Shown: positions 61,084 through 64,000 of the stretch, one piece after another | Numbering within the stretch: position 1 is the first letter of the stretch | Layout: every line of letters starts with the position of its first letter | Assembly (NCBI GenBank): GCA_905178155.1 | Contig: CAJINV010000004.1 | Span: forward strand, 1,518,784-1,582,783 | Length of the DNA stretch: 64,000 bases | Direction of reading: 5' to 3' | Source of the DNA: Amoebophrya sp. A120 | Taxonomy: Eukaryota; Protista; Dinoflagellata | Notes under the pieces: generated by a model | What the model saw: the letters and a program-made list of their open reading frames with translations, nothing else | What the model was told of the DNA's origin: nothing | Databases searched by the model: none | Made by a program: the position numbers and the translations under genes

Positions 61084-64000
61084 ATGCCTTCTGATTGCGT
61101 TGTTGCTCCCCCGTCTTTGTTGCTCTCCGCCGAGCGGGGCAGCGTCGTGACGGATCTGGCCCTGCATCCTGCCGAAAGCAACCTCCTCGCGACCGCGTAT
61201 GCCGAGGGAAAAGTGGCGGTCACTCTGGCGCCGCGGAACCACGCTGGAAGGGATTCTTCCGCAGCGGGAATAGGGGTGCAATGGAAGGCACACGAAGATT
61301 ATGGGAGAGAAGTGCACAAGACCTCGGGCGGCTTTTTCTCTCTTCCTCATAACATAAATTACGATATAATTTCTATGATCTGCGAAAAGAAATAAAGCAC
61401 CACACCATTTCGGGCAAGCGAAATGCTTCTCCACCTGCACGATTTTAAGTTATAAATCCACACACAACTGCGAGGCTGGTGCTGTTTGATATTGATTCCA
61501 GAAGAAGACGATCGCCTCTCGTCATGCAGGCAGAAGTGAAACGAACGAAAGAATGAATCGAAAAGTTGGTTAGTAGTTTTGCCATTAATTTACAAGTTTC
61601 GGTTCGAATCTTTATCTTGTGCTCGAACGGTAAAATGGATTATGCACTCCCTCCATACGGGCAACGCATGGGACAATCCGGTTCGGTGCTGCTGGCACGA
61701 CGCCGTAGCGGCTACGGGAGCAACTTCGTTAGGAACAACTGCATCGGCGGACTTTTTTGGTCAAGAACATCAGAGCAGCGCGCCGCTGCTCGTTACGACG
61801 GGCGGCGGTGCGGTAAAGGCGTGGTCGCTGGGAAAGGTACTGGACAGGCTACGGCGATATGATGCGGGCGGTCGCCGGGAGATCGGGCGGCGCGGCATGG
61901 GAGTCGAAGAGCTTTCTTCCACCAGAACTAGCAGTGCTGTGCACCGGAACTACCCTCCCCGCTGCGCGTCCACAATTTCGCTGCGACCCGTGTGGAGTGT
62001 GAGACTGGCACAGCAGGAGTCCGCTCCTGGTCGCCAGGATCCTGTGGCCGGAACTACCCTGGGAGCGGGTGGTGCATCAAGATTTTCCGCAGGTGGTACT
62101 AACAAGTTGCACCAACGATTTCGCTCGCTGTACTGCACCTCGCTTGCGGCCGGTTCCGAATCGGTAGCTGTGGGAGACAGCTGGGGCCGGGTGTCGGTTA
62201 TCGACATCGCCCGAGGGTTATCAAATGCAAGAAATATGTCTGGGTCTGGAACATGGCAACTGGTCATGCCAGATCTGGATCATGCGAAAAATCTGTGTTG
62301 CAGGATTACCAAAAGCTGGCCACTTTTGACCAAGTTGACATGGGGTTTCTCATGCAGAATAGGCATGACAGAGCCAGAGGTCTCATAGGATCTGTCATGC
62401 GAGGTGGTAGGTTCTGCATTCTAGACCTCATGCGTCATGTACCAACTGCATGACAAGTTTGCGTCTTTCCAGACCCAGACATATTTGCAATGCATAAGCG
62501 TGTCGCCTCGCGGTGTTCGACGCGCACGTGCAACCCGTCTCCGGGATCGCGTTTTGCCCCGAGGAAAGTGGGACGACGACCACAAGCGCCACCACCGATA
62601 TCAAGTGCAAACATGTCTGGGTCCCATGCTAAGTGCAAACATGTCTGGACACTTGTCATGCTAAGTAATACATGAATGACACAATGACTAGAGTACGCAG
62701 CCAAGCATGACAGATTTTTGAGCGGTCTTGTGGTGCGTAACACTCATGAGCAACTGCGCTTTTTCATCATGACACAGAAACATCACTGCTATTCCGCAAC
62801 ACACATATACAGAGTTTGGGAGTACTATGCGAGTCCAGCATTACAAATCTCGCAAAAATCTTGTTCCAGACACAGTCGTATTTGCACTTGGTAGCCGAAC
62901 TACAGATGGCGCAATTTTTTGGCCCGCTGGAGAGGCTAGCGACCGTGGGGTTTGACGGGAAGGTCAGAATATGGAGGTAAGACAACTTCGCATTTTTTCC
63001 TTTGCCATCAGGAACATTCAGATAGTATAGTACTCACATCTGCGAAGAAAAACGCCTCGGTCAACATACCCACATAGTACTACCGCATTTCTCGTGCTGA
63101 TTGAAAAAAAACCTTTTCTTCTTCCAGGCCAACCGGCGTGGTAGCAGCACCGGGCGGCTTTGCGGGTGCTCCGTCCGTTTCCGGTCTGCAACAAGGTATC
63201 CAATATAGACATCGGTCTGGGTAGAAGTGTTCTGAAAAAAGACTGCAAGACTTGTTGATGTAATGATGACCTGGCGCCATCGCCAATGCCATGCGACTGC
63301 GTGTGGTCTTTTTCTTTTTCGCAGGACAACTTTGATCTTCAGAACGTCCCAAGAATCATGTCATGTCAGTTTGCAATGCATACAAGGAATAAAGTTTGAG
63401 CCGCAACACCAGCTGGCGTATGTGCAGGAACTTGTGGATGACAACGAGAACGATCCCATGAGCACAGCTGCAAAAACCTCCCCCTCCCAAGTTGTAGGCA
63501 GCAACTCCCAGCAAAGTCGGCACCATCGCACGCTGCTCGCTGTGGCGTGGCACCGGTTTGGGGCGGATGACTGTGTTATCAAATGTAAAAATGTCTGGGT
63601 CTGGCATGGTTAGAACTTGTGATGCAAACTCTGGAGGACACAAAAATTTGTGTTGCATGAGCGCCAAAAGCTGTCCATTTCTTGGCACACAAGTAGGAAG
63701 TTTCTCATGCGGGACAGGCATCATGAGGCGTGCTCAAAACCTGTGATGCTTTTGCCTGCATCATACGCCATTTGCGTGATCCGAAATATGCATGACAAAT
63801 CTCGCAATCTTCCAGACCCAGACATTTTTACATTTCATATGTGTGGCCGTCGGAGGGTACGGCGGAAAACTCCGATTTCTGGCCTTCAACGCAGAGAAGG
63901 GGTGGCATTTTGTCCAAGACACGGCTCGTCCTGACGAGGGCGCTTTATTGGATCAGGAACTACTACACGGAAAAACAACGAAGATGGAGCAGGAGCAAAA
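61084..64000 (+). CDS. WD40-repeat protein; continues past the window end
   Basis: VTDLALHP..LLATAYAEGKV; VAVGDSWGRVSVID..FDAHVQPVSGIAF..LATVGFDGKVRIW; VAVGGYGGKLRF after splicing. Confidence 0.75.
61300..61657. mobile_element. Degenerate introner
   Basis: TATGGGAGAGAAGTGCA...TGCACTCCCTCCATA; joins AHE|DNAWD. Confidence 0.65.
62219..62496. mobile_element. Introner A
   Basis: DR AGGGT/AGCGT. Confidence 0.85.
62599..62893. mobile_element. Introner A
   Basis: DR ACCGA/GCCGA. Confidence 0.8.
62977..63127 (+). other. Canonical GT-AG intron
   Basis: AG|GTAAG...TTCTTCTTCCAG|; in-frame join. Confidence 0.75.
63197..63382. mobile_element. Degenerate introner A
   Basis: DR CAAGG/CAAGG. Confidence 0.75.
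63577..63839. mobile_element. Introner A
   Basis: DR TGTGT/TGTGT. Confidence 0.9.

Noticed and set aside
220-63934. Many short ORFs containing MSGSG, PDPDIFAF, FQTQTFLHL or KNVWVW
   Set aside because: These are translations of the family A TIR, not proteins
1-64000. Autonomous transposase/RT, rRNA, tRNA, or dinoflagellate spliced-leader relic
   Set aside because: No recognisable motifs by eye; covariance and HMM searches were not run

Overview
Eukaryotic gene-dense DNA, most consistent with the parasitic dinoflagellate Amoebophrya (inferred from intron architecture, not from a database search). About 75-80 short elements (mostly 170-350 bp) interrupt the coding exons. They carry terminal inverted repeats (TIRs) from at least 7 TIR families. 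Nearly all begin 5'-TAT(C/G) and end (G/C)ATA-3', are flanked by a 5-bp direct repeat (DR), and share an internal TGT(C/G/A)ATGC motif. At every junction checked by hand, removing the element plus one DR copy restores the reading frame, so they behave as non-canonical introns (introners). Reconstructed genes: a partial unknown protein, two tandem paralogous Cys-rich type-I membrane proteins with reciprocal introner gains, a multi-TM protein with a C-terminal SHP box, a GT77-like nucleotide-diphospho-sugar transferase, an ankyrin-like protein and a WD40 protein. The most novel-looking signals are a fixed 4|1 splice register within the DR, orientation-independent removal, a motif shared across families, drift of old introners toward GT-AG, nested elements and a 6-nt microexon. 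Coordinates were read by hand and all splicing claims need RNA data.
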